64,000 nt of DNA from Squalus acanthias (taxonomy: Eukaryota): the NCBI GenBank assembly GCA_030390025.1, contig CM059432.1, positions 28,026,001 through 28,090,000 of the forward strand, read 5' to 3'. The number at the start of each line of letters is the position of its first letter. The first letter of the stretch is position 1. This document shows, one piece after another, positions 1 to 12,154 of the stretch. The translations under genes were made by a program, and so were the position numbers. Under the pieces are notes generated by a model that saw only the letters and a program-made list of their open reading frames with translations, was not told the DNA's origin and searched no databases.

Positions 1-328
1 AAGCATGATAGCCAAAGGTCCCACAAACCACAATGAGATAATGACTAGATAATCTGTTTTAGTGATGTTGTTTGAAGGATAAATATTGGCTAAAACACCA
101 GGGAGAACACCCATGGTCTTCCTCAAATAATGCCATGGGGTCTTTAGCATCTGCCGGTGCCTCGGTTTTATGTCTGATCCAAAAGGCAGCACCTCCTACA
201 GTGCAGCAGTTCCTCAGTGCTGCACTGAAGTGTCAACCTGGATTATGTGCTCAATTCTCTGGAGTGGGGCTTGAATCCACAACCTTCTGACTCAAGAGGG
301 GAGTGTGCTACCCACTGACCCAAGGCAC
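1..328 (-). mobile_element. tRNA-derived Deu-domain SINE (SacSINE1-like), 3' part cut by the window edge
   Basis: Reverse complement resembles the SINE at 62798-63244: tRNA-like head (gtcagaaggttgtggattcaagccccactccagaga) followed by Deu-like core (aaaccgaggc...aaagaccccatggcattatttgaggaaga...cctggtgttttagccaatatttatcc). Confidence 0.7.
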
Positions 329-410
329 ATTGTCAAACTTTTGTTAATTTTTTCTTCATGGAAAGATTTTTGGGATTGCGTTATGTTTCCAGGTTGTGTT
401 TTAAAACAAT

Positions 411-566
411 CGGGTGAATTTCCTTGGGGCTTCTCCTGGTCTGCCACCGTAACTTCAGCAAAAGTTGGTCAGAAACCCTGCTTGCCTACCTACATTAATC
501 AGGTTTCTGCCGAACTTCTGCCAAAGTTATGGTGGCAGAACTGGATAAGCCATGAGGAAATGCCTA
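411..566. mobile_element. Short degraded fold-back MITE, same family as 6583-6728
   Basis: Starts gggtgaatttccttggggcttctcc..tctgccaccgtaacttcagc, similar to ggggttgaatttctatggggattctcc..tctgccgtaacttcagc at 6583; internal imperfect inverted symmetry. Confidence 0.45.
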
Positions 567-820
567 ACAAGTGTGAATTTACACAGGTTTGAAAAAAAAG
601 ATGGCCACAGGTTGCAGGAATTGGAGATGATCCAGTTTGGACAATGCCACAACTCACAGTCTATTTCAAATGGATACAATGAGGATCTATTGTCTCATCC
701 CCGGTCCTTTATCCAAAATGACCATGGGCCTTAAGTGATTAATCGCCTCATTGTAGATAGCCAAATAATATTCACATTAGTTGTTGTGAGGACGATTCTC
801 TTCCTGTGGGCACACATGAG

Positions 821-1666
821 GGGCTGGATTTTCAATGACCCGTGGAGTCGGGTTTGGAGGCGGGGGGGGGGGGTTAAAGTTGCAGATTCGGGGGTCCCGA
901 CCCCATCCCGCCTCCAACCCGCCTCCATGCCAGTTTCTCTGGCGGCGGGTACCCGATCTGTGCTGAGACCCGACTCCCCGAGGTGGGAAGGGATTAGTGA
1001 CAATTAACTGCCTGTTAACAGGTAGTTAACAGGCAGTTTTTTGCATAATCCCTATTTTAAAAAGAAAAGTGTGGGCTTCCCGACAGGTGGCAACCACGCC
1101 AAGTTATCGGGGCGGGCCGTGGGTCTGCAGGGGTTGGAGGGGTCGATATGTCCGGTGGGCAGGTGAGTGATGGGTGCATGTGTGCAGAGGTAAGTGTGTA
1201 AGGTAAGTGCTAAGTGTTGGAAAAAGTTTTACTTACCTTAACTTCCTCCTGCAGGTGTCAGCCCTTCAGCTCTCGGGAGTTAGAAATCTCACCGGCACAG
1301 AAAGCAGGAAAGCCGTGGTTCTGTCAAAACCTGCAGCCTTCTGTTTTCTGTGGTGGAATGATTTCTAACTCAGCCTGAGAGGAAGGACTGAAGTTAGAAA
1401 TCATATTGTGAGTGTTTGACAGCTTCACAGAGCTGTCAAACACTGATATTTCAACTGTCAAAAGCTCTTGACAGATGAAATGTCAGTCTGTGATGTCACC
1501 TGTTGCCGGGTGGCCCTTAATTGGCCTGCTGAGCCCACTGGGCGGGCTCAACAAGGTCAATCAAGGGAAAATACAGTGGGTTGGCCACATCTCGATGGAG
1601 GCGGGTTCACAAGGCAGAATGTGTGATTCCCGACCCCAACCCGACCCCAGTTTCAAAATCCAGCCC
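821..1666. mobile_element. Non-autonomous PIF/Harbinger-type element (MITE)
   Basis: Perfect 12-bp TIRs gggctggatttt / aaaatccagccc; 3-bp TSD GAG (818-820, 1667-1669); GC-rich subterminal regions; interior related to 15104-15981. Confidence 0.8.
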
Positions 1667-2304
1667 GAGGTGTCTGTGAAGAATATACTCTTGTGAGAGG
1701 AGGTAATGAGACTGGTTGATAGGCCTGCTGGTGAATTGTTGGAAGGTGCAGAGACATTGCCCTCCTGCTCTCTGGAGTCATGTTCAAGAGGTAGTCAGGT
1801 TTTTAACAAATAACTGCAAGGCTTAGCTCTTGGCCTGGAGCTGGGAGCTAAAAATACAAAAGGTCAAGTCCTGTAATTAGAAGCTGTCTAGACAGAAATA
1901 CATGCCAAAATTGAAGTCAGTGCAAAAAAGAGACAGACCACTTGGTTTATGTTTTTTTTTAAAGAGAAGTGAGATTGAATGATTTAAGTGAAATTTGCAT
2001 TGACTATTCACTCGCTATCTGTGAAATAATGGGGGGCGATTTTCTCACTGGAGGCGGGTTTTGGTTTGGGTGGGTTTGAAACCCGCCTCCACTGATAGTT
2101 TTCAAAAATTTGCGATTTTCCCATGATTGGCCACTTGATTTCAGAGGTGTGGGATGCCCTTGGTCAATTAGTGTTTTAGGATTGAAACTCGCCTCTGCTG
2201 ACATCACTTTTCCAGTCTGATTTCATGGCTTCTTGCTGCCTTGGCTCATTCCACAGGATTTCTGCCTATGCTGCACCACCTGCAACATATTCTGAGAAAC
2301 CACT

Positions 2305-2490
2305 ATGTCCAATTCCAAGGCAAGGGCCTCCCTGAGGCTCTCGGATGAGGCGCTGCAAATGTTGTTTGTGGGGGTGACAGCTAGCAGGGAGGTGCTCTTC
2401 CGCTCATCTGGGAGGAAGAGGCCTGCCAAAGAAACCAAGGCTGTGTGGTTACAGCTGGCAAGGGATATAAACTCCAGATCTGTGTGCAGA
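2305..2490 (+). pseudogene. Truncated Harbinger Myb/SANT-like (trihelix) DNA-binding protein, N-terminal part only
   Basis: MSNSKARASLRLSDEALQMLFVGVTASREVLF...KAVWLQLARDINSRS matches the R..F/LS..L..L.......LF...W..IA..VN pattern of Harbinger Myb-like proteins; homologous to the relic at 7984. Confidence 0.7.
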
Positions 2491-2732
2491 TTGGGAGAAT
2501 GTTTCTGTGTATTGATGAAATGCCATCCCTGTTGGAAAGCATTAAAATGATTTGATGCCAAAATGATGGTGTTATGGCATCTGTTCTTTCGCCTTAGGCA
2601 GCTCCACATTGCAGGCTCTGCCACACTTCCGTTGTCAGGTTGGTGGCCCTGAGTGAAAAGAGGCCAGAGTGTCATGTCCATTGTCAATGATGTCTTAGGA
2701 TGGAGCCAAGGACATGTGCCAACTTGGGCAAC

Positions 2733-4069
2733 CTATGCAAATCTGGCCATGATAAGTTCATCACTTGTATCCCGGGCAGCCATGTGCTCGCGTGCTGCCG
2801 CTGCTGCTGGTCGATACACCGGCGCGCTGACCTCCTCCAGATCCTCCTCCTCCTCATCTGAGGAGGGCTGGAACTGAGCCACTTGCTCATCAGGAAGCTG
2901 CAAGCCACGACGCTGTTCGATGTTGTGCAGTGTACAGAAGACCATGACCATTCTGGAGACCCTGTATGGTGTATACTGCCTGATCGGTCAAGGCAACGGA
3001 AGCGCATCTTAAACAACCCAATGGTTTGCTCGATGATGGACCTGGTCGAAGTGTGGCTGGCGTTGTAGCGCTCTTCAGCCTCGTTAGCTGGCCTCCTGAT
3101 CGGCGTCATTAGCTACTTCTTCAGGGGGTAGCCTTTGTCACCAAGGAGCCATCCGTTAAGTTGGTTTGGTGGATTGAAAAGCGGAGGAACACTAGAGTGC
3201 CGCAGGATGAAAGAGTCATGGCAACTACCACAGAACTTGCCGCAAACATGCAAGAACTCCTTCTTGTGGTTACACACCAGCTGTACATTGAGGGAGTGGA
3301 AGCCCTTTCGGTTGACAAAGATAGCTGGGTTGTGATGGGGTGCCTTAAGGGCCACATGTGTGCAGTCTATGACGCCCTGCACCATTGGCACGCCTACCAT
3401 ATTTGCAAAGCCAACCGAACGGGCGGTTATACTTGCTTGATCCCTTGAGAAGTGGATGTAATTGTGGGCCTTAGCAAAAAGGGCATCGGTAACCTGCCTG
3501 ATGCAACTGTGGGCAGCCGACTGGGAGATGCCGCTGATGTCTGCTGATGATCCCTGGAAGGAGCCTGAGGCAAAGAAGTTGAGTGCGGTGGTGACTTTGA
3601 CAGCCACTGGTAAGGGGTGTCCACCCGTTCCTCTGGGCACCAGGTCTTGCTGCAGCAGGCCGCAGATCTCTCGGACAACCTCTCGCGAAAGTCTCAGCCT
3701 CCTTTGGCACTGCTGCTCACTCATGTTGAGGTAGCTCATCCTTTGTCTGTAAACCCTCTGTCGGGGGTATCTCCTGTGGCGAGGTGCCTCGATGCACTGG
3801 CGCCTTCTGCCCTGTGCAGCATCAGGTGGCTGAGCAGGAGGTTGGGGCACCTGCTGATGTTGCTGCTGAGCTGCCTGAGCAGGAGGTTGGGGCTCCTGCT
3901 GCTGTTGCTCCTGAGCAGGAGGTTGGGGCTCCTGCTGCTGTTGCTCCTGAGCTGCCTGGGCAGGAGGTTGGGGCTCCTGCTGCTGTTGCTGCTGAGCTGC
4001 CTGGTTCTGCTGCTGACTTGGATGCTCCTCATCTGAGGTCCATGCAGAAAGAAAACGAATGGTTCCCAT
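2733..4069 (-). pseudogene. Harbinger DDE transposase (HARBI1-like family), disrupted
   Basis: Motifs [68 protein letters not shown]. In-frame TAG at 3113-3115 where W is expected, and a frameshifting deletion near 2975-2985. Confidence 0.9.
3828..4002. repeat. Coding tandem repeat (36-45 bp units) encoding [12 protein letters not shown](AAQ) in the transposase N-terminus
   Basis: Four copies of gagcaggaggttggggc(t/a)cctgctg(c/a)tgttgct visible; the translation shows the repeated peptide. Confidence 0.9.
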
Positions 4070-4402
4070 GCTGCTTGCAGATGCCTCCTTTGGGGAAGTG
4101 CTCATTGCAAGCGGGGAGAGGGTCTTCCAAGGAGGTCCCACAGTTGATAGATTCAAGTTGCAGCACCTCCGACTTTGGAAGGCCATCTAAAAGTGCTCAA
4201 AGACCTTTTAAAGCAAAGGTCTGGCACCTGCAAGTAATCCTTGATGAAATAAACAATGTCTTGTTGGACCTGCAGCTGTGAGGAGACCACCCACGAGTCA
4301 ACCCGCCAGGTTTACCTGGCGTGGTTTAGGAGGTGCGTGGATCACCCCGAAATGCTTGAAAAATCAAGAGGGCCTCTCAAAATAGGCTTAGCGAGGCCCT
4401 TA

Positions 4403-5603
4403 ACATAGAAAACATAGAAACATAGAAGATAGGAGCAGGAGCAGGCCATTCGGCCCCTCGAGCCTGCTCCGCCATTTAATGAGATCATGGCTGATCATCC
4501 AAATTCAGTACCCTGTCCCTGCTTTCTCCCCATATCCCTTGATCCCTTTAGCCTTAAGAAATATATCTAATTCCTTCTTGAATATATTTAATGAATTGGC
4601 CTCAACTGCCTTCTGTGGTCGAGAATTCCACAGGTTCACCACTCTCTGGGTGAAGAAATTCCTCCTCATCTCAGTCCTAAATGGCTTACCCCTTATCCTT
4701 AGACTGTGACCCCTGGTTCTGGACTCCCCCCGCCATCGGGAACATCCTTCCTGCATCTAGTCTGTCTAGTCCTGTTGGAATTTTATAAGTTTCAATGAGA
4801 TCCCCTCTCATTCTACTAAACTCTAGCGAATACAAGCCCAATCGTCCCAATCTCTCTTCATACGTCATTCCTGCCATCCCAGGTATCAGTCTGGTGAATC
4901 TTCGCTGCACTCCCTCCATGGCAAGAACATCCTTCCTCAGATAAGGCGACCAAAACTGCACACAATACTCAAGGTGTGGTCTCACCAAGGCCCTGTACAA
5001 CTGCAGCAAGACATCCTTGCTCCTGTACTCGAATCCTCTCACTGTGAAGGCCAACATACCATTTGCCTTCTTAACCGCCTGCTGCACCTGCATGCTTACC
5101 TTCAACGACTGGTGCACAAGGACTTCCAGGTCTCGTTGCACTTCCCCTTTTCCCAATCTATTGCCGTTCAGATAATCTGCCTTCCTGTTTTTGCCACCAA
5201 AGTGGATAACCTCGCATTTATCCACATTATACTGCATCTGCCATGCATCTGCCCAATCACCCAACTTGTCCAAATCATACTGGAGTTTCTCTGCATCCTC
5301 CTCACAACACACACGCCCACCCAGCTTTGTGTCGTCTGCAAACTTGGAGATATTACATCTAGTTCCCTCGTCTAGATCATTAGTATATATTGTGAATAAC
5401 TGGGGTCCTAGCACCGATCCCTGCGGTACCCCACTAGTCACTGCCTGCCACTCGGAAAAAGACCCGTTTATTCCAACTCTTTGTTTCCTGTCTGCCAACC
5501 AGTTCTCTATCCAAGTCAGTACCTTACCCCCAATCCCATGTGCTTTAACTTTGCACGCCAATCTTTTATGCAGAACCTTATCGAAAGCCTTCTGAAAGTC
5601 CAT
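4403..5603 (-). mobile_element. 5'-truncated CR1 LINE (RT C-terminal part plus 3' UTR) inserted in the Harbinger element
   Basis: ORF DFQKAFDKV...GVPQGSVLGP...KFADDTK; terminal stem-loop and (aacataga)n-type tail at 4403-4425. Confidence 0.93.
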
Positions 5604-6582
5604 TTAATGATCTTAAGTAGCGCTATGGCCAGCTGGAAGCGGGACCGTTTCCCGACCTCCAAAACCGGCACCAGCAAAATCCCGCGGAGGCGGGTTCCGA
5701 ACCCGACCTCATTGTTTCTGATTTTCCTGCCTTTCCCGCCTCCAAACCCGCCTCCTTCGACGTCAGAAAATCGCCCCCAATGATTTGTATCTGGCCTTGT
5801 TTCACCAAATGTTTCTCAGTTCACCTTCAAAAGGACTGGAAGATTACGTTTGAGGGAGATACAACATCCAGTTCAGATCACAAGAGGGTCCATTCGTTAC
5901 AACCATGGTTTAAGAAGATCATAAAGTTAGATATTGGGCAGTATGGGCAGAGGCCAAATGTGAGACACTCAGAGCACTTACGGGAGTGACAAGCACCACT
6001 CTAACTGAGAGAATATCTAAGGCACTAAACTTGTAACAATGTTAATGTCCTGGAGTGGAACACCTTAGCATGTGTCACCGACATGCTTCTCCGTGAAAGA
6101 AATAAGTGCTCATGCTCTGTAAAAGAGCCCACTAAGCAAATCTTCCCACTATAATATTGTGAGCGAGTTGAGCACCTCCAGGATGAAGTACTTTGCTGGC
6201 ACCTGTGGAGTTTAAGTTCGACTCCACCTATGTGGAACAAAAGCCTTTCCTGCGGAAAATAACAAGCCTGTATGAAACTTAAAATATAAAAATGATATTC
6301 ATTCCACCGAGCTTTTTCCGCAGCTTCGGACAAGTTCTCCCCATTCTGCACTCTAAAGATCCTGTCAATCACGGGCAGTGTGCAATGGTTCAATACTGAC
6401 AAAATGTGGGACTACTTCACACGTGGTTACTGTGTACAGTTGAGGTCACCTAATCAAAAGAAGCGTATTACTACACTTAAGTACAGAGCTAAATAATAAA
6501 AATAGTCCAGGGTATCAGGTACTGGATTTATGCTGAAAGGGTATTAAATTGGAATTTGTTTCTTCAGGAAAGAAGTCGTTTT

Positions 6583-6728
6583 GGGGTTGAATTTCTATGG
6601 GGATTCTCCCGAGTGTCTGCCGTAACTTCAGCGGAAGATCTGCGGAAACCCCGAAGAAACGCTTTTCTTACGCTTTTCTATGGAGTTATGCTGGATAAAT
6701 GGGAAAACCTCAAAGGAGATTCAAGCTC
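6583..6728. mobile_element. Short fold-back MITE, probably Harbinger-type
   Basis: Imperfect TIRs ggggttgaattt / agattcaagctc flanked by ttt on both sides; related to 411-566. Confidence 0.5.
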
Positions 6729-7670
6729 TTTGAGTTAACCTAGTTACAGGTCCAGATAAATTGTTCACTATGGGGATATTAGGAGTAAGAAGGGAAGCTA
6801 GAGAAATCTTTTTAGCGCAAGGATCTGTGGAATCAAGTTGCCAAGGAAAGCCACTCAAGTAGAAAAATAGGGTTAAAGAAGAAATTAGGGTGTAGATTAG
6901 TTCTCCTGGCACAAAGCTACAGATGATGGCAGCATATATCAGGAATTCTGTCATGGAGATAAGTGCACCTCGTATGATTTTAAAATTAATAATGGAAAAT
7001 CGTGTGGGAAGTGCTAAATTCTCACTATGTGCTCTGATCAGTCTCACGTCAAGGTCTATGCTGGGAGCCCAATTTATAAAATATGCCCCTCGAAGTTTTT
7101 GTAGAGAAAGAAGAGATTGAAGAATATGATGAAGAGATAGTTAGGTGGCTTGGGATCAAATGAAAGTGTTGGGTCTTTTCCTGCGCTCTTTCTTATTTTG
7201 CCAAGGACTGTTGTAATTGGATGACAATTTGAATAACCTGTAGCTCATAAAACATAATGAGCTGTTTGCAAACCTTTGTACTGCAGCCCATTAAACCTCT
7301 CATTCAGTGAGTCTCAACAAAAACATATATTATATCAAAGGGATCTGATGCAACTAGGCTAACCTTGCTGTACTTGGCCTGCTGAGTATTAAAAACTGAA
7401 AAATTAGGCAATGTTACATGCCAGGATTCGAACTCTGTATTTACATATCATGATTGGATCCAGAATTCTAGACACTGGAAATAAATGAGTTGTCATTTGG
7501 TTTATCAGAGTCAGAATTATGTTTAGATCAGTGCTGTAACTATTCTATCATTCTATGGCAGGGGAGTGAGGCTAGCCGAGAGTCGGCACGGGCTCGACAG
7601 GCCGAATGGCCTTCCTCCGTGCTGTAACCATTCTATGATTTTCTTCTAGGTGTATGAGGGTCGATCCACT

Positions 7671-9990
7671 GGGGGCTAAATTGGATATCCCCCAAAAAAG
7701 TGCTCGGGAATCTCAATGCACAATTACCCCACACCCATTTGATGTAATGCAGGCAGCATGGCATCTTTGTGCTGCCTGCTCATTATCATGATTTCTGCGC
7801 ACAGCCACCGCTAACGCGCTGTTGATTGGCTGTATGCATCAGCAGGGGGCCCACAATTGTGACTTGCTAACTCTACTGAATGCTAGCCTGCACTGCTAAA
7901 AGCTAGCCTGCACCTCTTAAAGGGGAGGTGCATTGTGGCTGGAGCAGGTGCTGCGAGTCCTTTGTGAGCTGAATCTGACCTGAATGGCTGAATATGGGAG
8001 AGTGCGGGCACCCAGGGTTTCCGATGCTGCACTGGAGGTCTTGGCGGAGGAAGTGGAAAGGAGGAAAGACGTCCTGTATCCGCAGGGGGCCAGGAAGCCC
8101 TCCAGACACACAGTGAAAAGGCAGTGAGAGCAGATAGCCGTGGAGGTCAATGCCAGGAGCGCAGTCCCAAGGACCTGGATGCAGTGCCGCAAGGAGTTTA
8201 ATGACCTCACACGAGAGGTCAAGATCAGTGAATGCATCATCAAATGCCATATCCTACCAACTGCACTACTAGCCTCAGCCACTGCTCAAATCACCACACC
8301 CCATCACTCACCTACCAACAATCTCTATCAATCAGGACTCATACCTAACATTCATATGCTTCACCTCACCCTCACACACTTAGCACTGTTGCAAGCCTCA
8401 CACCCACATCTCACAGCTTGCACACACTGCCAGCTATTCAATCATGACAGCCACATCACTCAAACACATTGCACCGCACTCACTGACACACTTCCCTCTT
8501 TCTTACAGGAGAAGGTGGCGCACAACCTGAGGCAGCAGGGACTAACCGGAGGGGGAGAGGTGCATCTGCATGCTCTAAACTCCATGGAGGAGACGGTGTT
8601 GGCCATTGTCGGAAGGGCCATTGCTGAGGCCGTGGCCACCGGCGGGGCTGAATCCACTGAAGATGACAGTATCCTCAAACCTAATCCTCCTTCTCACATC
8701 CCACTTCCCCCTCATCCCGCAATCTCTTCTGACTTAGAAGCTGCCGATGGTGTAAGCATGCATCTTTTGCTTCCCCCCATCCCTCACCACAACCTTACCC
8801 TTGTGTCTTTTTCCTTTCGGATACCCAAGAAGTGCAACCTGGCCAGGCAGTGGAGCAAGACCAAGAAGTCAGTGATGATGAAGACACACCGTCCCTTGAT
8901 TTCACACTCGCAGCCACCAACACAGCTACTGACACTGCGCGTATCTTAGAGGATCGCATAGAGGCGGGATCTGCAGATGGTGAGACACCAGGCCCAAGTG
9001 CGCTATAACCAGGGCAGGGGGCAAGGATTGCGCAGGTGCCAGCTCGCCGGAGGGCGAGATCGCACATGAGTTCTGCTGCAGAGGACTCAGGTGAGGAATT
9101 CGATGGGCCAGGCTACAGAAGAAGGCTGATGGGCGTACACAACAAAATGCTTGGTGCATTGGGAAGCCTGCCAGAAAGCCTGCGTTCAATGTCAAGGAGC
9201 ATGGAGGAGTCCAGCACCAACTTGGCACAGGGCTTTGCACAGAGCTTTGTGCCCATCCTTTCCAACACAGAACTGGTGGCCAACTCCATCAACACACTTG
9301 TGGATCCAGCGTCTAATTACTGATGTCTCAGCTTCCATTGCCGCAAATGCAGCTTCCGACAAAAGTCTGAGTACTACAGTGGTAGCTCAGACTGAAGCCA
9401 AGCAAGATCAGCTTGCTGCCATGCAAGCTCAAACTGCTGTCCTCCAACAGATTACTAGGATTGCTGAGGGAGTGGCAGTGACTCCATGGAGCATGAGCCT
9501 GCTGTCCTCTCTCAGAATGGCAACATTCGTGCTCCCACCCCTGCCACTCCGCCAGTGCCCTTGCCCAGACTGCTGTCACCCCTGCCGAGAGGGTGCAGTC
9601 TGAAGCCGGGCCTTCTAGGCCCAGAGCTGCCCAAGGTCGTCCTCCAAGGCCACCTGCAGTCTCCTCCACTAAAAGTCAGCAACCTTCCACCAGTCATGCT
9701 GCAGCCACTGCGTAGGAGCAGTAGGACAGGCAAAGTCACATGGAAGACAGGCACTAAGGGAATACACACGTGATTAGTTTGAGTTTGTATGCAATAATGG
9801 CATGATTTCATTTATAAATTTGGTTTGGAATGTTTATTTTGTGTTGGCTTTTATTTTTGCATTGTGGCCAAGCGGACGCTGTGATGGTTAGTGACAGAGG
9901 GAAGGTAAAGAGTGTGGAACTGTTGGTGAATGGGAAATAGGAGTTGAGGTTACTGGTATCGCACTTGAATTAGTTCTTCACGTTCCCCTT
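7671..9990 (+). mobile_element. Harbinger element relic: left TIR, intron-containing Myb-like gene, and the last codons of a convergent transposase
   Basis: Starts gggggctaaattgg (Harbinger-type TIR); minus-strand REELIQVRYQ* at 9950-9985 resembles the transposase C-terminus ELIMARFA* at 2733; right TIR not found. Confidence 0.7.
7984..9773 (+). pseudogene. Harbinger Myb/SANT-like DNA-binding protein pseudogene, multi-exon
   Basis: MAEYGRVRAPRVSDAALEVLAEEVERRKDVLYP...KRQ*EQIAVEVNARSAVPRTWMQCRKEFNDLTREVK; TGA at the conserved Trp; likely mutated donor (aag|atcagt near 8224); acceptor ttcttacag at about 8508 before EKVAHN...; downstream frameshifts. Confidence 0.78.
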
Positions 9991-10465
9991 TAAGCTGTTT
10001 GCCGGTCCTGCGTAGCTCGGGATCGGCTTTTTCAACGTTAAGTTTCATTCGCGAAACTGTGAATGGGCCACACACCCAAAAACAATTAGGGGGCACATTG
10101 GTCATGAGTCTACTATACGCTACCTTATTGAAGGCCTTTCGAAAATCTAAGTATATTACATTTACTAGATTACACTTGTCTACTCTTTCTGTTACTTCTG
10201 CAAAGAATTCAATAATTTGGGAAAGCATGACCTTCCCCTTTGAAATCCATGTTGACTTTATTATATTTTCAGTTTCTAGATGTTTTTCTATTACATCTTT
10301 GAGTAAAGGTTCCATTATCTTTCCTACCACCGACGTTAAGCCAACTGGTCTATAATTCCTTAGACTTGTTCTATCTCCCATTTTAAATATAGGAATCACA
10401 TTAGGTGTCCGCCAGTCATCTTGCATTATTCCCTTTCTAATGATTTTTTATAAATATGTAATAGT

Positions 10466-11197
10466 GGCCTGGTGTTTCCGCTAGGGTGCATTGTTTTTTT
10501 CAACACGATTGGCCCGAAATCAATCAAACCAGCGCAAAAGATCGCGGAATTACATCCAGTGCAAATCGAGTTTCCGTGATCTTTTGCATTAGTTTAAAAA
10601 AAATCGTGCGAGAATCTGGCCCCGCCAAAACACAACTGGCCACGCCCCCAGATCACATTAATCACCATGGCGAACTTCCGCTAATTCTGCCCATTTGCCG
10701 GACTTTGAGGAGGCTCTTAAAATTAGGCTGGTTCTTTTGGGTGCCAATAGGCATGTTTTAAAAGCTTTTGAATATAACTTTTTTTAATTTACTAAGAAAC
10801 TGACTACTGTACACCAATATAATAGCAAATGGTTCTGTATAGTTTTTAAAGTCATTTTCAGTTATTTGAAATCAAATTACTCACAGGTGGTGGGCTAGAT
10901 GCTGATTAAAAATTCTTATTTTTTGTGATAAACCCATTTTCAGCTGTATTAATCAAACTGCTCCAGGTTACCACTCTCAAATATATCAAGGAATATTTTT
11001 CGAAGGAAATATAAAAAAAAATTATGTTCTAAAATGCTGCCCAATTGGGCTGATTCATGGCAAATTTTACATTCACCGATAGGCAAATGAGTTTGAGTGG
11101 AAAGTCGAGGGAAAAAAACACTTCTCAAAACCAGCGCAATTTTGGCTGCAATTTGCACTCGGGTCGCCGCTTGCACCCAAAGTGGAAATTCTACCCC
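10466..11197. mobile_element. Harbinger-type MITE inserted in CR1
   Basis: TSD AGT (10463-10465, 11198-11200); imperfect TIRs ggcctggtgtttccgct / agtggaaattctacccc; CR1 sequence is contiguous when it is removed. Confidence 0.65.
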
Positions 11198-11261
11198 AGT
11201 GTCTCTGCTATCTCCTCTCTAGCTACTTTTAATATGCGTGGATGTAATCCATGCGAACCAG

Positions 11262-12154
11262 GGGGGAAAAATTCAGTTGGTTGCGCCTCCCGTTAGCGCC
11301 TGAAGAGGGCGCTAATGGGGCGCAAAGCATCTAGCGCCCAGGCGCGGCGAAGTTTGCGCCGCTCATGAAATTAACTAGACATTTTGCGGCGGCGCTAAAC
11401 ACTACCGCCAAGATCTCCTGCGCCGATAGACCATGACGTCAGTCAAGTGCGCAACGCCCCGGTATCGCCCCGGAGCGGATATTGAGTGGTGCCCCCTGCC
11501 TTACTGCCTGCCGCTAGCAACGACAGGTTGAGGGGAGCATTTTGCAGTCATGAAGGGACTGGGGGAGCGCTATTTAAAGGTGACCACTTCCTGCCTTTTA
11601 TTGTTGGTGCCATTTTTGAACCGCGCATTCTGAGAGAGAGAGAGAGAGACTTCAGGAGAGATTCAACGTTGCGTAAAGGAGTTTTGGGTACTGAGCAGCA
11701 CTTTGCAGGTTCATTTTGATTTGCCATTCCTTGTATCGATTTAGAAGAGACTGTGGGGGCTGCACTCTGAGCTGTTTGCCTGGTACTCTCCATTGTTCTT
11801 TCCAGCAGATTTGATGTGCAAGTCTCTCCAGGCCGAGATTCAAGGCTGCAATGAGCAGGATGTGGATCGAAAGCAAGATTAACCATCCCCTTTAAGAACT
11901 GGCCTGCGCCATTGTGTGTGTGTTCCATTGCTGACTGACATCACATGAGCTTCGCCAGCGCTCTGAGGTAGCGCCTCGCTCCTCGGCCTTTGTGCCTTAA
12001 GACAGGTGTGAAGCGCCTGATTTAGTGCTCCAATCACTACCAGGGGCGATAAAAGTCAAGTTTGCAGTCGGTGGCGATAATTAGCGCCGGGCGCTAATCT
12101 TTGCACCCGGCCGATAATTGCGCCCCAAATGGGGCGATACTGAATTTCTCCCCC
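11262..12154. mobile_element. Harbinger-type MITE inserted in CR1
   Basis: TIRs gggggaaaaattcagt / actgaatttctccccc; TSD CAG/TAG; many gcgcc/ggcgc subterminal motifs; second copy in inverted orientation at 41221-42050. Confidence 0.85.

Larger units (their letters stand above)
2031..5778. mobile_element. Decayed autonomous PIF/Harbinger DNA transposon, interrupted by a CR1 fragment
   Basis: TIRs gggggcgattttct / agaaaatcgccccc, TSD AAT (2028-2030, 5779-5781); convergent Myb-like (+) and DDE transposase (-) genes, the canonical Harbinger two-gene layout. Confidence 0.88.

Noticed and set aside
2733..4186. Domesticated HARBI1 host gene
   Set aside because: Has a stop and a frameshift and lies between TIRs with a TSD, so it is a transposon copy.
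6025..6402. 125-aa ORF as a gene or exon
   Set aside because: No recognisable motif or convincing splice context; like most short ORFs in the track it is a chance or antisense-repeat frame.
7984..9773. Functional NAIF1/MSANTD-like host gene
   Set aside because: Premature TGA, likely mutated donor, frameshifts and an adjacent TIR.
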